Source: an uncultured virus (IMG/VR IMGVR_UViG_3300025326_000019)
Taxonomy: Duplodnaviria > Heunggongvirae > Uroviricota > Caudoviricetes
Direction: 5' to 3' (one strand)
Virus record (IMG/VR): IMGVR_UViG_3300025326_000019
Length of the DNA stretch: 20,000 bases
Shown here: piece after piece, positions 1-9,475 of the stretch
Numbering within the stretch: the first letter of the stretch is position 1
Layout of the letters: every line of letters starts with the position of its first letter
The notes under the pieces: model-generated
What the model was told of the DNA's origin: nothing
Database searches by the model: none
What the model saw: the letters and a program-made list of their open reading frames with translations, nothing else
Made by a program: the position numbers and the translations under genes

Positions 1-822
1 CTCAAAGCACTGGCAGAACAGCAACGCATCGAGTTAGCCGCAGCACTTGCCAATGCTACGTACAAGCCCTCACCGGAATTCACAAAAATCTTTGATGACA
101 CCATCGCAACCCTTACGGCTGTCCAGGCTATCATAGATGAACAGGCAGCGGCGGCAGCGGCGGCAGCAGCAGCAACCCGCGCGGCGGCGGATGCCGCGTT
201 CCTGGCTGTCTTTACGTCCACCATTGCCACCCTTACCGCTGTCCAGGTCATCATAGACGATCAAGCTCGAGCCAATGCTGCGACAGCAGCAGCGACCCGT
301 GCAGCTGCGGATGCTGCGTTTCAAGCCATCTTTAATACAACCATTGCCGCACTTGAAGCCGTCGGAGTGTCTCTCCACGCGCAGGCAGCAGAAATCACTG
401 ATGTCTTAGGTGAAATTCTTGGGATCGGTAATACGATTGCCGATCTGACCGCACACAATACGACTGCGATGGCTGACGACATGGCAGAACTTCTCGCGTT
501 AGTGCGTGCGCGTTTCATTGCGCTTGGATTTGAACCACCGCCACCGGAAACCCCGAGCGCTCAGCACGGTGCATGGTATACCGCAGGGGGCCTGTATCGA
601 CTTCACGAAGGTGAAATGGTCTTGCCTCCGGCTGTGGCCGCATCCATACGGCAGAGTGGCGGTGGGGGCGGAGGGATTACACTTATGATTTCCCCTGGGG
701 CCATTGTCGTGACCGGAACCTCGGATCCTATCGAAGTAGGCAAGTCAGTCGTCAAGGAAGTCGAGTCGAGCATTCGTACTGGGCGCTTGGGACATGTCAT
801 TGCGCAGCGAGTAGGCAAATGA
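1..822 (+). CDS. Phage tail tape measure protein, C-terminal part (5' truncated by window edge)
   Basis: Frame 1 is open from base 1 to TGA at 820-822, so it is longer than the ORF track shows. It has Ala-rich helical 40-aa repeats and the C-terminal motif AQHGAWYTAGGLYRLHEGEMVLP (the 'LHxGExVxP' motif typical of tape-measure C-termini), followed by a Gly run. It lies directly upstream of tail-tip genes. Confidence 0.8.
   Translation, partial: LKALAEQQRIELAAALANATYKPSPEFTKIFDDTIATLTAVQAIIDEQAAAAAAAAAATRAAADAAFLAVFTSTIATLTAVQVIIDDQARANAATAAATRAAADAAFQAIFNTTIAALEAVGVSLHAQAAEITDVLGEILGIGNTIADLTAHNTTAMADDMAELLALVRARFIALGFEPPPPETPSAQHGAWYTAGGLYRLHEGEMVLPPAVAASIRQSGGGGGGITLMISPGAIVVTGTSDPIEVGKSVVKEVESSIRTGRLGHVIAQRVGK
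79..363 (+). repeat. 120-nt (40-aa) coding repeat, about 2.4 copies, within the tape measure gene
   Basis: Units start at 79, 199 and 319: FTKIFDDTIATLTAVQAIIDEQ...ATRAAADAA / FLAVFTSTIATLTAVQVIIDDQ...ATRAAADAA / FQAIFNTTIAALEAV. Confidence 0.85.
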
Positions 823-1619
823 GAAGCTACCCGACGTATCTGTCGTTGCTCAATTACGTAGCGACGGCTGCGATTACCACGACTGATCCCAATGGTAGTG
901 CGACGGCAGACTATATACGATCTCCAGGGCGTCCGTTCCTTCCGTGGCGAACGGGTGCGCTGGGTGCGCAAAACATCGTGATCAATTTCGGCAGTACGAA
1001 GTCTGTCAAGCTGCTACTCCTTGTTCGGACAAACTTTACAACCGCGAATATTCAAGGTCATCCATCCGATTCCTGGGGAGCCCCGGCGTTTGATCAAGCC
1101 ATTACGATCAGCCGGAACCCGTGGAATTATCGCTATCAATGGGGCATGCGAGTGGTCGGATTCAGCTATCAGTACATGCGTATTTCTATCCCGAGCCAAT
1201 CGACTACGGATGGGAGTACTGGATACCTTCTTGGAGGAGTGTGGGCAGGCGATGAACTCCGTATCCCGCGACAATTCCGCTTTGACTACGATGCTGAGAC
1301 GGTGGAACCGCTCGTGGATATGATTCCACCGCACCAGGGTTGGCGGCAACGGCTCATCATGGGCGAACCGATGGCGCGATTTACGTTTTCCAGGATTGCG
1401 ACGATCGATCAGTTCACGCCAGGGTACGCGGATCAATTGCTCGCGTGGAAGGATATCGATCGGCAGATCCGTGAGAATGATATCTGCGCCCTTCTGCTGA
1501 CCACGCAAGATCCTGCACAGGCCTTCGTCGTCCGGCCCACTGGAGATAACAAGTGGCGGCGGAACAAATATACGATGGCGGAGCATCAAATATCGCTCGA
1601 GGAAGTTATTGGGCCATGA
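819..1619 (+). CDS. Putative distal tail / tail-tip structural protein (266 aa)
   Basis: ATGA overlap with the tape measure stop. The N-terminal half is beta-rich and discoidin-like (WRTG...IVINFG...YQYMRISI). The gene position immediately after the tape measure is where distal-tail genes normally sit. Confidence 0.55.
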   Translation: MRSYPTYLSLLNYVATAAITTTDPNGSATADYIRSPGRPFLPWRTGALGAQNIVINFGSTKSVKLLLLVRTNFTTANIQGHPSDSWGAPAFDQAITISRNPWNYRYQWGMRVVGFSYQYMRISIPSQSTTDGSTGYLLGGVWAGDELRIPRQFRFDYDAETVEPLVDMIPPHQGWRQRLIMGEPMARFTFSRIATIDQFTPGYADQLLAWKDIDRQIRENDICALLLTTQDPAQAFVVRPTGDNKWRRNKYTMAEHQISLEEVIGP

Positions 1620-1643
1620 TATGCCATTTGAGGAGGCTGACTA

Positions 1644-2321
1644 ATGTTTGTCAATCCTAATACTGAGATCATCTCCTGCATGTCGTGTGGGATCTCTCAC
1701 GCCTTACCTGTGGAGATTCGACAGCGTCTTGCGTCTGCACAAGGTTTCGCCGACCGTCATCTCGAGCATTCACTCACCTTTGGACGCATTGCCCCGCCAG
1801 GCGTCCATGCGCAGTACGGCGTCGCGTGGAACAGTGACGTCAAGATTGCCTTGCAAGCCGTGCAGACCATGACGGTCACAAATCTGCATTCGCTGGCCAA
1901 TTCTGCTACGGCAGGTTGGCAGAGTGCTGTGGTTGATAATACCTCGAACTTATTTCTCGAATCCCTCGTACAGGTCGTGCTGGATTTTGCCAACACCGCT
2001 CCAGCGAATTCCAAGGCTGCGTTTGTCTTTGCCTATGGAGGGATTGAAACAGGGGTATACAGCAATCCGGCAAGTGGGACAGAAGGCGCGCTCACGCTCG
2101 TCGATGTGGATAGCAATGCACAGAATCTTCGGCTGATTGGCACGATGCCGTATACCACGGCTGATGAAGTCGTTGAATCTTCGCCAATGAGCGTTGCGGC
2201 TGCGTTCGGAGGCTTATTGCCTCCGTTTTGGGGCCTAGCCATCATGAACCGGTCGGGCGCTGCCCTTGCAGGGAGCGGTAATACGGTGAAACATCGCGGA
2301 CTCTATACGACAATTATCTAG
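1644..2321 (+). CDS. Putative virion structural protein with N-terminal CxxC...HxxH extension (225 aa)
   Basis: Strong RBS GAGGAGG at 1630-1636. The body is Ala/Ser/Thr/Asn-rich and beta-sandwich-like (SLANSATAGWQSAVVDNTSNLF), and it lies in the tail module. Confidence 0.6.
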   Translation: MFVNPNTEIISCMSCGISHALPVEIRQRLASAQGFADRHLEHSLTFGRIAPPGVHAQYGVAWNSDVKIALQAVQTMTVTNLHSLANSATAGWQSAVVDNTSNLFLESLVQVVLDFANTAPANSKAAFVFAYGGIETGVYSNPASGTEGALTLVDVDSNAQNLRLIGTMPYTTADEVVESSPMSVAAAFGGLLPPFWGLAIMNRSGAALAGSGNTVKHRGLYTTII

Positions 2322-2341
2322 ATTACCCGGTGACTTAAGCC

Positions 2342-5300
2342 GTGCTCGTTATCGGAAGCAAGCGTTGGACTGAGAAACCCCCACTCGGTATTGGGCTGAA
2401 TCACAGCCTTCCCGCGGGAACACTCGGCCTGTGGCTCATGAATGAAGGTCTTGGTATTCGCAATATCCTACGCGAGGAATTTGGGGCTGTCACAGGCACA
2501 CGAACCGCTGGCGTAGGTTCTCGCGGCACAATGCTGTCTCACACAGCAACGACTGCTCGATCTGATCTGTTCGCTGCAGCTATTGCAGCGAGTATCGTTC
2601 CTACGCAAGAGATTACGGTGTGTCTCGGTTATGAAAAACGAGATGCCACGCTTCGTAATAGTGGTGCGTTCGGTACTGGTAGTACCAATGCAGAACGGTG
2701 TGGCGTTCATCTTCCGTATACGGATGGCAAGGTCTATTGGGATTTCGGCGGTGTTGTCGAAGGTACCACGCGGCTGAGTATCGCTGGACTGACTACCTCT
2801 GATTATCATACCTGGGCATTCACCAGCGGGCCGCGTGGTATGGAAATCTGGCAGGATAGCATACTCCGCGCAGCCAATAGCAGTAATCCTACGAGGACGG
2901 CTTCAGCTTCAGCGTTTCGGTTGGGCATTCACCCAACTGGAAGTACCAGTGATCTCGCAAATTATTATTGGGTCTGGATCCACCGTTCACAAATGCCGGT
3001 ACAAGTTTTACAGGATATTCTGCTTGATCCATACAACACGCTGTGCGCTCCTAAATCTCTATCGAAAAGGTTTTTCACGCCGAATATTGTAGTACCAGGC
3101 ATATCTGTATTTGATGACGTACTTGGTACGGAAGACATCAGTTTAACATTGGCTGCTCAGGGTGAGATAAAAACTCACGATGATGATGATGTCGTAGACA
3201 ACGCGGACGTATCTGTATCTCTCGCCCTATTGGTAGTGGACTCGAATATCTCTACAGATGACGTACAAATAGCGACAGCCACGGTATTGTTGTTTACATC
3301 GGACGATATTGTTACCACAGAATCCGTGGCATTTGGAACAGCCGTTATCGGCACCTCGATTACTGCAGCCGATATAGCAAGTATAACAGATGTCGCATCC
3401 GTTCAACTACCGGCTGTCCCTGTAGGTCCAGCTGTTCTCCTGATCGATGTTCCGACGATCACGGAATCCGTTGCTCTTGCCTTCAATCCAGGAACACCCT
3501 ACGCATTAGATACTATTGATGTCACGGATTCAGTAACGCTGGCATTCTCCAATCTTCAGATTGATGTGTTTGATGATGCCAACACGACTGAAAGCTGGCA
3601 AGTCTTTGCCCTCACGCTCCAGGATACACAGGGCGGCACAGGTGGCGGAGCACCCACTGCAGTCTGGCGACCTGTCTGGCTCATTGATATGTCGCAAATC
3701 ACCATTATCCCAGCACCGTATACGTCTGCTGAACTCAAATTCTCCAACGTCGATATCGAACAGTATCCGCCCTATAACGGTCGCATCCTTGATGATCCGA
3801 TCATTGATCGTCAACTCATGGATACATTTTGGGGGTTCACGCAGGTCTCGACCGTCTCGTTCTCGCTGGCGAATGCCGATGGATATCTCACGAATCTGTT
3901 TACACACAATCTCCGTGACCAGCCGATTACCATCCAGCGATATGATATTGCCTCCGGTGTGACGGTTGAGGCTCTCTGGGCCAAGATTAGCAGTGTTGCG
4001 TTGGGCGACGGTGAAATTATTATTACCGCAGAAAGTCCAGCGCTCGAACTTTTCGAGCAGGAGATACCAAAGAAAGACGTTAACATCCGAGATTTCCCGT
4101 GGTCTGTCGGCGGTCCAGACGTCGGCAAAGTGATTCCCGTTGTCTTTGGCGATGCGAAAGCGGTTCCCATGGTGTACGTGTACGACGGCGTGACAGAGAA
4201 CATTTATGAATATGTCCTTGCTGGGAATCTAACGATCAATGCGCTCTACCGCAATAAACCAGACGGATCACTTGAACTGATAGAGACCTCAGAATATCTG
4301 ATCTCGACGGATCGGTACCCCGGGAATACATGTGTGCGTTTCCCGATCAGGCAACGGGATTTTAGCAATAACTTTCATCAGATCTATGCTGACGCATCCT
4401 CGAGTAGCCGGAACTTTGCTGATGCCATTGAGGAAGTCATTACCAATAGTGAATGGGGACTCAATCACCTCGTTGACCTTATTTCGTTCGGTGATGTTGC
4501 GCAGGCGCTCGAAGATCTTGGATTACTGTGTGATGGATTCCTGAATACGAAACTCCAAGCCCAAGCTGTGCTGAATAGCCTTATGATTGTACGCGGAATG
4601 CGTCTGGGATTCAATGCCTCCGGACTCATTACCCTGGCAGCAGATACCGCACCAGCCGTCATTTCAATGCAGATCCGCGACGGGACTGGTGATGGAGAGC
4701 GAAATATTCTGAAAGCCGGGAAAAAGGCTATCGTTGATTCGAAGAATGCGATCTCGACCTATATCGTCAATTATCGTCTTGATGGGACAAAGGATACCTA
4801 TCTCTCCAAACAGACACGCGTGGTCACCGGCATTGGAAAAGAGAAATCTCTCGACGCCCCATTTATTTGGGATCACGTCACGGCGGATAAGGTCACAGAC
4901 TACTTGGCGAAGCGCGAATTCTATGGCCAAGTTACATGTGATTTTGAAGTCACTCAGGAAGCACGCCGCCTCATTGAGGGAAATCTTGTTCGCGTATTCT
5001 ATACCCCGTGTGGCTATGCTAACGACATCGTTGAGATTCGCCAGGTACAGAAACGGCGAGAAAGCATCCAAGTGGTAGTCGTCGGCTGGGATCAATCGAT
5101 CTACGTGTATACACCAGGAGTACTCCCGATTGATACACCACCTGGTACGCCACCTGGCAGTCCGCCGCCGGCACCGCCGCCTGGTACTGGACCACCTCCA
5201 GGTACATGGAATCCTCCACCGCCGCCAGGAGGGACACCGCCAGGAGGTACACCATTCGGCAGCATCGCTATTCCACGTCCTGGTGGCCTTGAAATTCCAG

Positions 5301-6031
5301 GGCAACGTCTTGACCAGGAATTTGTCGGCTGCGATGTTATCTTGCACTGGCACGCGAACTCAGAACTCTTTTTCACTAGTCAAGATGAGGAAAACCTGAC
5401 TGGTTCAACGGTTGCCGGGTACTGGGTCACGGTGATTGTCAACGACGTTACCGTGCGAGAGGAATTCGTCAAGATTGCCGCGTACGAATACACGATTTTC
5501 AAGAACATGACTGACAATCCACCGTTTGGTGCGCGCATAATCACGTTCAAGATTCAAACTCAATCCCTCACCAATCGCCTCGGCGAACCGAACTATATTA
5601 CGGTCTTTAATCTCGAGGAAGATCTCACGCCACGGTGGGCGGCGGTCTACGACGATCTTAGTGTAACGGATAGTGTCGCCTTCGCATTTGGCTTTGCAAC
5701 AGGAAATGTGTTCGATGACAATCCGGTGACCGAACTCGTCGATGTGATAATCCAGGGGCGGCAAGCCATTGCACGAGACTACCAAGACGTCTGGGACTAC
5801 GTCACGGTACAGATCAACGCGTGCTTCATCAACGTCACGGATTATATCGCGGAATACGACGTGGTTGAGCGCATTGAGTCAACCGGCCTTTCGATCTTTG
5901 TCGCTGAAGACATTCAGTCGGACGATATTGCAGCGATCAGTAGCAATGTCATTACTGTTTCTGACGACATTAACCTTACTTTCAATCCAGAAGGACAGAC
6001 ATTTGAAAAGGTTACAATAGTTAGGGGGTAA
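2342..6031 (+). CDS. Large multidomain tail-tip / baseplate-hub / host-specificity protein (1229 aa)
   Basis: Long ORF. In order: N-terminal LamG/concanavalin-like region (GLWLMNEG...YHTWAFT...MEIWQDS), acidic beta repeats, hub-like region (SFSLANADG, GKVIPVVFG), PPGT linker, FN3-like region (VILHW...GYWVTV...FKIQTQS), C-terminal acidic repeats. The GTG start is uncertain. Confidence 0.75.
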   Translation: MLVIGSKRWTEKPPLGIGLNHSLPAGTLGLWLMNEGLGIRNILREEFGAVTGTRTAGVGSRGTMLSHTATTARSDLFAAAIAASIVPTQEITVCLGYEKRDATLRNSGAFGTGSTNAERCGVHLPYTDGKVYWDFGGVVEGTTRLSIAGLTTSDYHTWAFTSGPRGMEIWQDSILRAANSSNPTRTASASAFRLGIHPTGSTSDLANYYWVWIHRSQMPVQVLQDILLDPYNTLCAPKSLSKRFFTPNIVVPGISVFDDVLGTEDISLTLAAQGEIKTHDDDDVVDNADVSVSLALLVVDSNISTDDVQIATATVLLFTSDDIVTTESVAFGTAVIGTSITAADIASITDVASVQLPAVPVGPAVLLIDVPTITESVALAFNPGTPYALDTIDVTDSVTLAFSNLQIDVFDDANTTESWQVFALTLQDTQGGTGGGAPTAVWRPVWLIDMSQITIIPAPYTSAELKFSNVDIEQYPPYNGRILDDPIIDRQLMDTFWGFTQVSTVSFSLANADGYLTNLFTHNLRDQPITIQRYDIASGVTVEALWAKISSVALGDGEIIITAESPALELFEQEIPKKDVNIRDFPWSVGGPDVGKVIPVVFGDAKAVPMVYVYDGVTENIYEYVLAGNLTINALYRNKPDGSLELIETSEYLISTDRYPGNTCVRFPIRQRDFSNNFHQIYADASSSSRNFADAIEEVITNSEWGLNHLVDLISFGDVAQALEDLGLLCDGFLNTKLQAQAVLNSLMIVRGMRLGFNASGLITLAADTAPAVISMQIRDGTGDGERNILKAGKKAIVDSKNAISTYIVNYRLDGTKDTYLSKQTRVVTGIGKEKSLDAPFIWDHVTADKVTDYLAKREFYGQVTCDFEVTQEARRLIEGNLVRVFYTPCGYANDIVEIRQVQKRRESIQVVVVGWDQSIYVYTPGVLPIDTPPGTPPGSPPPAPPPGTGPPPGTWNPPPPPGGTPPGGTPFGSIAIPRPGGLEIPGQRLDQEFVGCDVILHWHANSELFFTSQDEENLTGSTVAGYWVTVIVNDVTVREEFVKIAAYEYTIFKNMTDNPPFGARIITFKIQTQSLTNRLGEPNYITVFNLEEDLTPRWAAVYDDLSVTDSVAFAFGFATGNVFDDNPVTELVDVIIQGRQAIARDYQDVWDYVTVQINACFINVTDYIAEYDVVERIESTGLSIFVAEDIQSDDIAAISSNVITVSDDINLTFNPEGQTFEKVTIVRG

Positions 6032-6036
6032 TAAGC

Positions 6037-6336
6037 ATGTCCAACCCACGAATGGACGTACTTAGACACCGGAAAGATAATATGAATTTCCTCAAGGCTC
6101 TCGTCTTGTCTGACATTCCAGCAGAATTGCCGGAAATTCAGAAACTTCGGATGAAGATATCAGCCGCACGCGCATTGTTTCTCGCTATGGAAACCGCCCT
6201 GACGTCGCTCCACGAACGAGAGATACCACGGTCCATGCGTACGGTAGATCCTAATGCCCATCTCGTGCACATCGAAAGCCGTGCATTGGTTGAGGTTGCG
6301 CTCCAACTGATTACGCACGCGAAGACGACTTTGTGA
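6037..6336 (+). CDS. Hypothetical helical protein (99 aa) in tail module
   Basis: ATG-started ORF that fills the gap between two tail genes (5-nt and 7-nt spacers). Confidence 0.6.
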   Translation: MSNPRMDVLRHRKDNMNFLKALVLSDIPAELPEIQKLRMKISAARALFLAMETALTSLHEREIPRSMRTVDPNAHLVHIESRALVEVALQLITHAKTTL

Positions 6337-6343
6337 GGACCGA

Positions 6344-8146
6344 ATGTCCATCGTAGTATCAGATGTATCCGCAATCGGTGAAGCGTTGGCGATCGCTTTG
6401 CAAACACCGCTTGCCATTGATTGGGCACTTGCTGCTACGATTCCTGGACACGATACCGCATCGGGAATCAGTAATATCGGTGGAGGACGTATGGTTGCGG
6501 TGGTTGGCGCTACGTATAGCCTTCCGTTCTCTTCCTTAAAACGCGGTGAAGTCTGGGCTTCCAATGATGACGGTAAACCAGGCTCCTGGCAGCGCACTTC
6601 AGGCTTAGCTATGTTTTCGGAACTTGGGGTTTCCGGAGAGGATGTGTTTAGTATGGGCGCTGGGTTACTGTGTTACAAGCCAAGTGACTGGCTGCATGCT
6701 GAAGACGGAAAAGGTCCTTCTTCCGGCGATGCCGGCGGTATCATTCGGGCTCATCAAAATCGTGACGTCGGACCTGGAACGCCGATTTTCTTATTGACCG
6801 GGTGGTCACAATTTGGCCGGCCTAGCATGAACGGACGGAGGGATGTGGCAACGCGGAAATTTGCCGTCTGGCCGGGGTTGTTCCAATATGAAATGTTCGG
6901 CCCCGATCCAGTGATCCACGGTCAATTACTTCTCCAACTGTCACAAGCTGGTGCAACGTCATTAACGACTGCATTCATACTGAATGAACTCGAACCTGGA
7001 GCCGCCTATGCACAAAGTATCAATCCGGATGGAAGTATCAGCTGGATATGGGTCACTGAACCGCCCCTGATTGGAAGTTCGACTCTCTCCGGCACTATCC
7101 CTGGGCTCATGGCAGACTCCTATTTTTATATGATTGCGTCACACGACGGCGTAATCTGGCGGCCGTACGGAGATACGTCGGAAGTTATTGGTAGTGGACG
7201 TATGCAAGGCATCGGCATTAATTCCTGTGGTGAAGCGTTCTTTCTCAGCGACCATGACACACTGCTCCTCGGTGTCAATGTCACGGGATTATCTCCGTGT
7301 ATTTTCAAGAGTACCGCACGTGGAGCACCAGGGACGTTTAAAGAGATTGTCATGCCTGGAAACTTCTTTAACTTTATCCCGCAAGGCCAAAAGGGGCAGT
7401 TTGTCTTTAGCAGTTTATACGTCATGACGCATTGTTTCTGCGAGCTCGATGATGGAACTGTGCTCTGTGCTGGCGGTGCCCCGACAGCTGTGAATCCTGT
7501 GTCTAATAACAATCAAACCAGTCCAGCATACCATTATGCCGTTATCTGGCGATCGGAAGACAAGGCCGAGACGTGGGAAAATATTAGTCTCAACAACGAA
7601 TTGCCAAGTCCGTTGCCAGACGCAAATGATTATTGGTATGAAGGACGTACGTTACTTGCGCTCGGTGGTCAAGCTGCGTTCTTAGGTTGTAATATCTCTA
7701 CCGATTTCGTCGACCCGACATGGACACCGTTTTTCTTGACTAAGGACGGGGTGAATTTCGTCAAGTCTGTGCCAACCTCTCGAGTCGGTATGTTTGCCCT
7801 CGATGCATCAGTGTACCCGACCGTCGTCCAAACAACATTCGCCGACGATGGAACTATCCTCGCGATCGTGTCGCTCTTGTACGCGGGACCTGGGAATGTT
7901 GGCCAAGTAGAAATCTGGCGCGGCATGATGACCGGTGGCATCCTGACAGGTCGCACGATCACCGGAGAGCCGATTATACCCAACCCATCCGGGGTCCCGC
8001 CGCCGGGGACTCCACCGCCAGGGACACCGCCAGGGACGCCGCCGGTGACACCACCAGGAGAGACGGATGTACATCGTGCGGTCGGCTTTCTCGAACAACG
8101 TCCGCCATCGTCCATGATCCCTGAGCAGGAACTTGGAAGAGGCTAA
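6344..8146 (+). CDS. Putative receptor-binding virion protein with Asp-box/BNR-like beta-propeller and Pro-rich tail (600 aa)
   Basis: RBS GAGGA. Asp-box-like motifs WASNDDGKPGSW, IASHDGVIW, WRSEDKAETW and FLTKDGVNF. C-terminal PPGT repeats. Confidence 0.65.
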   Translation: MSIVVSDVSAIGEALAIALQTPLAIDWALAATIPGHDTASGISNIGGGRMVAVVGATYSLPFSSLKRGEVWASNDDGKPGSWQRTSGLAMFSELGVSGEDVFSMGAGLLCYKPSDWLHAEDGKGPSSGDAGGIIRAHQNRDVGPGTPIFLLTGWSQFGRPSMNGRRDVATRKFAVWPGLFQYEMFGPDPVIHGQLLLQLSQAGATSLTTAFILNELEPGAAYAQSINPDGSISWIWVTEPPLIGSSTLSGTIPGLMADSYFYMIASHDGVIWRPYGDTSEVIGSGRMQGIGINSCGEAFFLSDHDTLLLGVNVTGLSPCIFKSTARGAPGTFKEIVMPGNFFNFIPQGQKGQFVFSSLYVMTHCFCELDDGTVLCAGGAPTAVNPVSNNNQTSPAYHYAVIWRSEDKAETWENISLNNELPSPLPDANDYWYEGRTLLALGGQAAFLGCNISTDFVDPTWTPFFLTKDGVNFVKSVPTSRVGMFALDASVYPTVVQTTFADDGTILAIVSLLYAGPGNVGQVEIWRGMMTGGILTGRTITGEPIIPNPSGVPPPGTPPPGTPPGTPPVTPPGETDVHRAVGFLEQRPPSSMIPEQELGRG

Positions 8147-8149
8147 GGC

Positions 8150-8806
8150 ATGATCCCGACCGTTATTCCACTTACCAATGCTCTGCTCGTTGATTGGAGC
8201 AACTTCACACCATCGGCAGATCATGAATTCTACAAAGTGGTCTACGGACTGACCAATCCACCCACCATTGTGTGGGGCAATACCACTGCGCAGCAGATAA
8301 CCATTAGTGGTCTCACGGCCGGTGTTACTTATTACGTGCAAGTCTTTGCCTTCGATTGCTTTGGTGGTGGACAGGGTAGTGGCATCGCGTCAGGCACTCC
8401 ACTGGATACGACAAACTGCGCTCCGTGCCGCGCCGGCAAGACATCGATCGTCCAGACTGTGTCTCGTGTACTTACTATCGACTATCAAGACATCCTTTCG
8501 GTGACGGCTGTACTCACGCAGGTGGGGCAGTTCGTATCCCTCTGGGCTGGCGGAGATTTTGCATACACTTCAGCCGGCGTGGGCAGGTTTCTCGTCCAGC
8601 GACGGGTGTCAGGCGGTGGAGGGGTAACCGTGGACCTCCGATCCAGTGGAGTCTATGTCCCGAGTACGAACGACCCTGTCACTGGGCATATCAGCCTGTC
8701 TGACGCTCCGGATCCAGGCACATGGGAATACGTACTGATGGCCAAGTGTACCGTTCCGGCTACCGTACTGACCGCGTCCTACATCGATCTTCTCCAGGAG
8801 AGGTGA
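8150..8806 (+). CDS. Fibronectin type III domain tail protein (218 aa)
   Basis: FN3 signature: LLVDW...YKVVY...ITISGLTAGVTYYVQVFAFD. C-terminal beta-sandwich region ending DAPDPGTWEYVLMAK. Confidence 0.7.
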   Translation: MIPTVIPLTNALLVDWSNFTPSADHEFYKVVYGLTNPPTIVWGNTTAQQITISGLTAGVTYYVQVFAFDCFGGGQGSGIASGTPLDTTNCAPCRAGKTSIVQTVSRVLTIDYQDILSVTAVLTQVGQFVSLWAGGDFAYTSAGVGRFLVQRRVSGGGGVTVDLRSSGVYVPSTNDPVTGHISLSDAPDPGTWEYVLMAKCTVPATVLTASYIDLLQER

Positions 8807-8813
8807 AGCTCTT

Positions 8814-9473
8814 ATGCCACAATATAAAGAAGGCACTGCCCGGGCACTCAGCGCTGCACATCAACGGATTGAGCTTGTGGGTGGTACGACCACAAATCAT
8901 ATCGTCACAGGGGATCTCTTCCGGTTCCGTGCTGACGTCGCGTCAGCTTGGTTCGAAGTCTCGAGCATCGTCAGCGCCACGATTTTCGATTTGACGGGGC
9001 CGTATAACGCGGCCCAGGCATTCGATACGCTGCTCCCATATCTCATTGTCAGGGATTTTACCCCGAATTTCGAAATCCCAGAACTGGCGCCTGGAGACAT
9101 TGCCATCCGGGAAGTCTTCACGGAAGCCATGCGCGTGATCGATGGTATCCTGTCCTTTGCCGCGCGGGCTGAGTTCTCATTTGTCGGTGCGCTCTCCATT
9201 GGAGACAAGCCGTTCCGGTGGTATTCTCCACTTCGCATGACCACGCGGACGGTGCACATTTCCGTAGGATCGCCCGCTACGAGTCCCGTCACAGTGGATG
9301 TCAAGAAGAATGGGTCCACCGTGTTTACTGACTCGGCGGCAAGGCCAACTATCGGTGTTGGCCAGTATTCTGCTGAAGTTCCGTGTGCAGCATCGCTCGT
9401 AACCAATGACTACCTAACGGTTAGTATTATCGCGTCAGGTGGTTCAGATTTGGTCGTACAGGTGAGGTTTTAG
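8814..9473 (+). CDS. Tail fibre/spike-related virion protein (219 aa)
   Basis: RBS GAGGTG. The N-terminus resembles phage tail-fibre attachment domains (YKEGT...GDLF...FEVSSIVSAT..DLTGPY...YLIVRDFT). The small C-terminal beta domain reads VTVDVKKNGSTVF...DYLTVSI...SDLVVQV. Confidence 0.6.
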   Translation: MPQYKEGTARALSAAHQRIELVGGTTTNHIVTGDLFRFRADVASAWFEVSSIVSATIFDLTGPYNAAQAFDTLLPYLIVRDFTPNFEIPELAPGDIAIREVFTEAMRVIDGILSFAARAEFSFVGALSIGDKPFRWYSPLRMTTRTVHISVGSPATSPVTVDVKKNGSTVFTDSAARPTIGVGQYSAEVPCAASLVTNDYLTVSIIASGGSDLVVQVRF

Positions 9474-9475
9474 GA

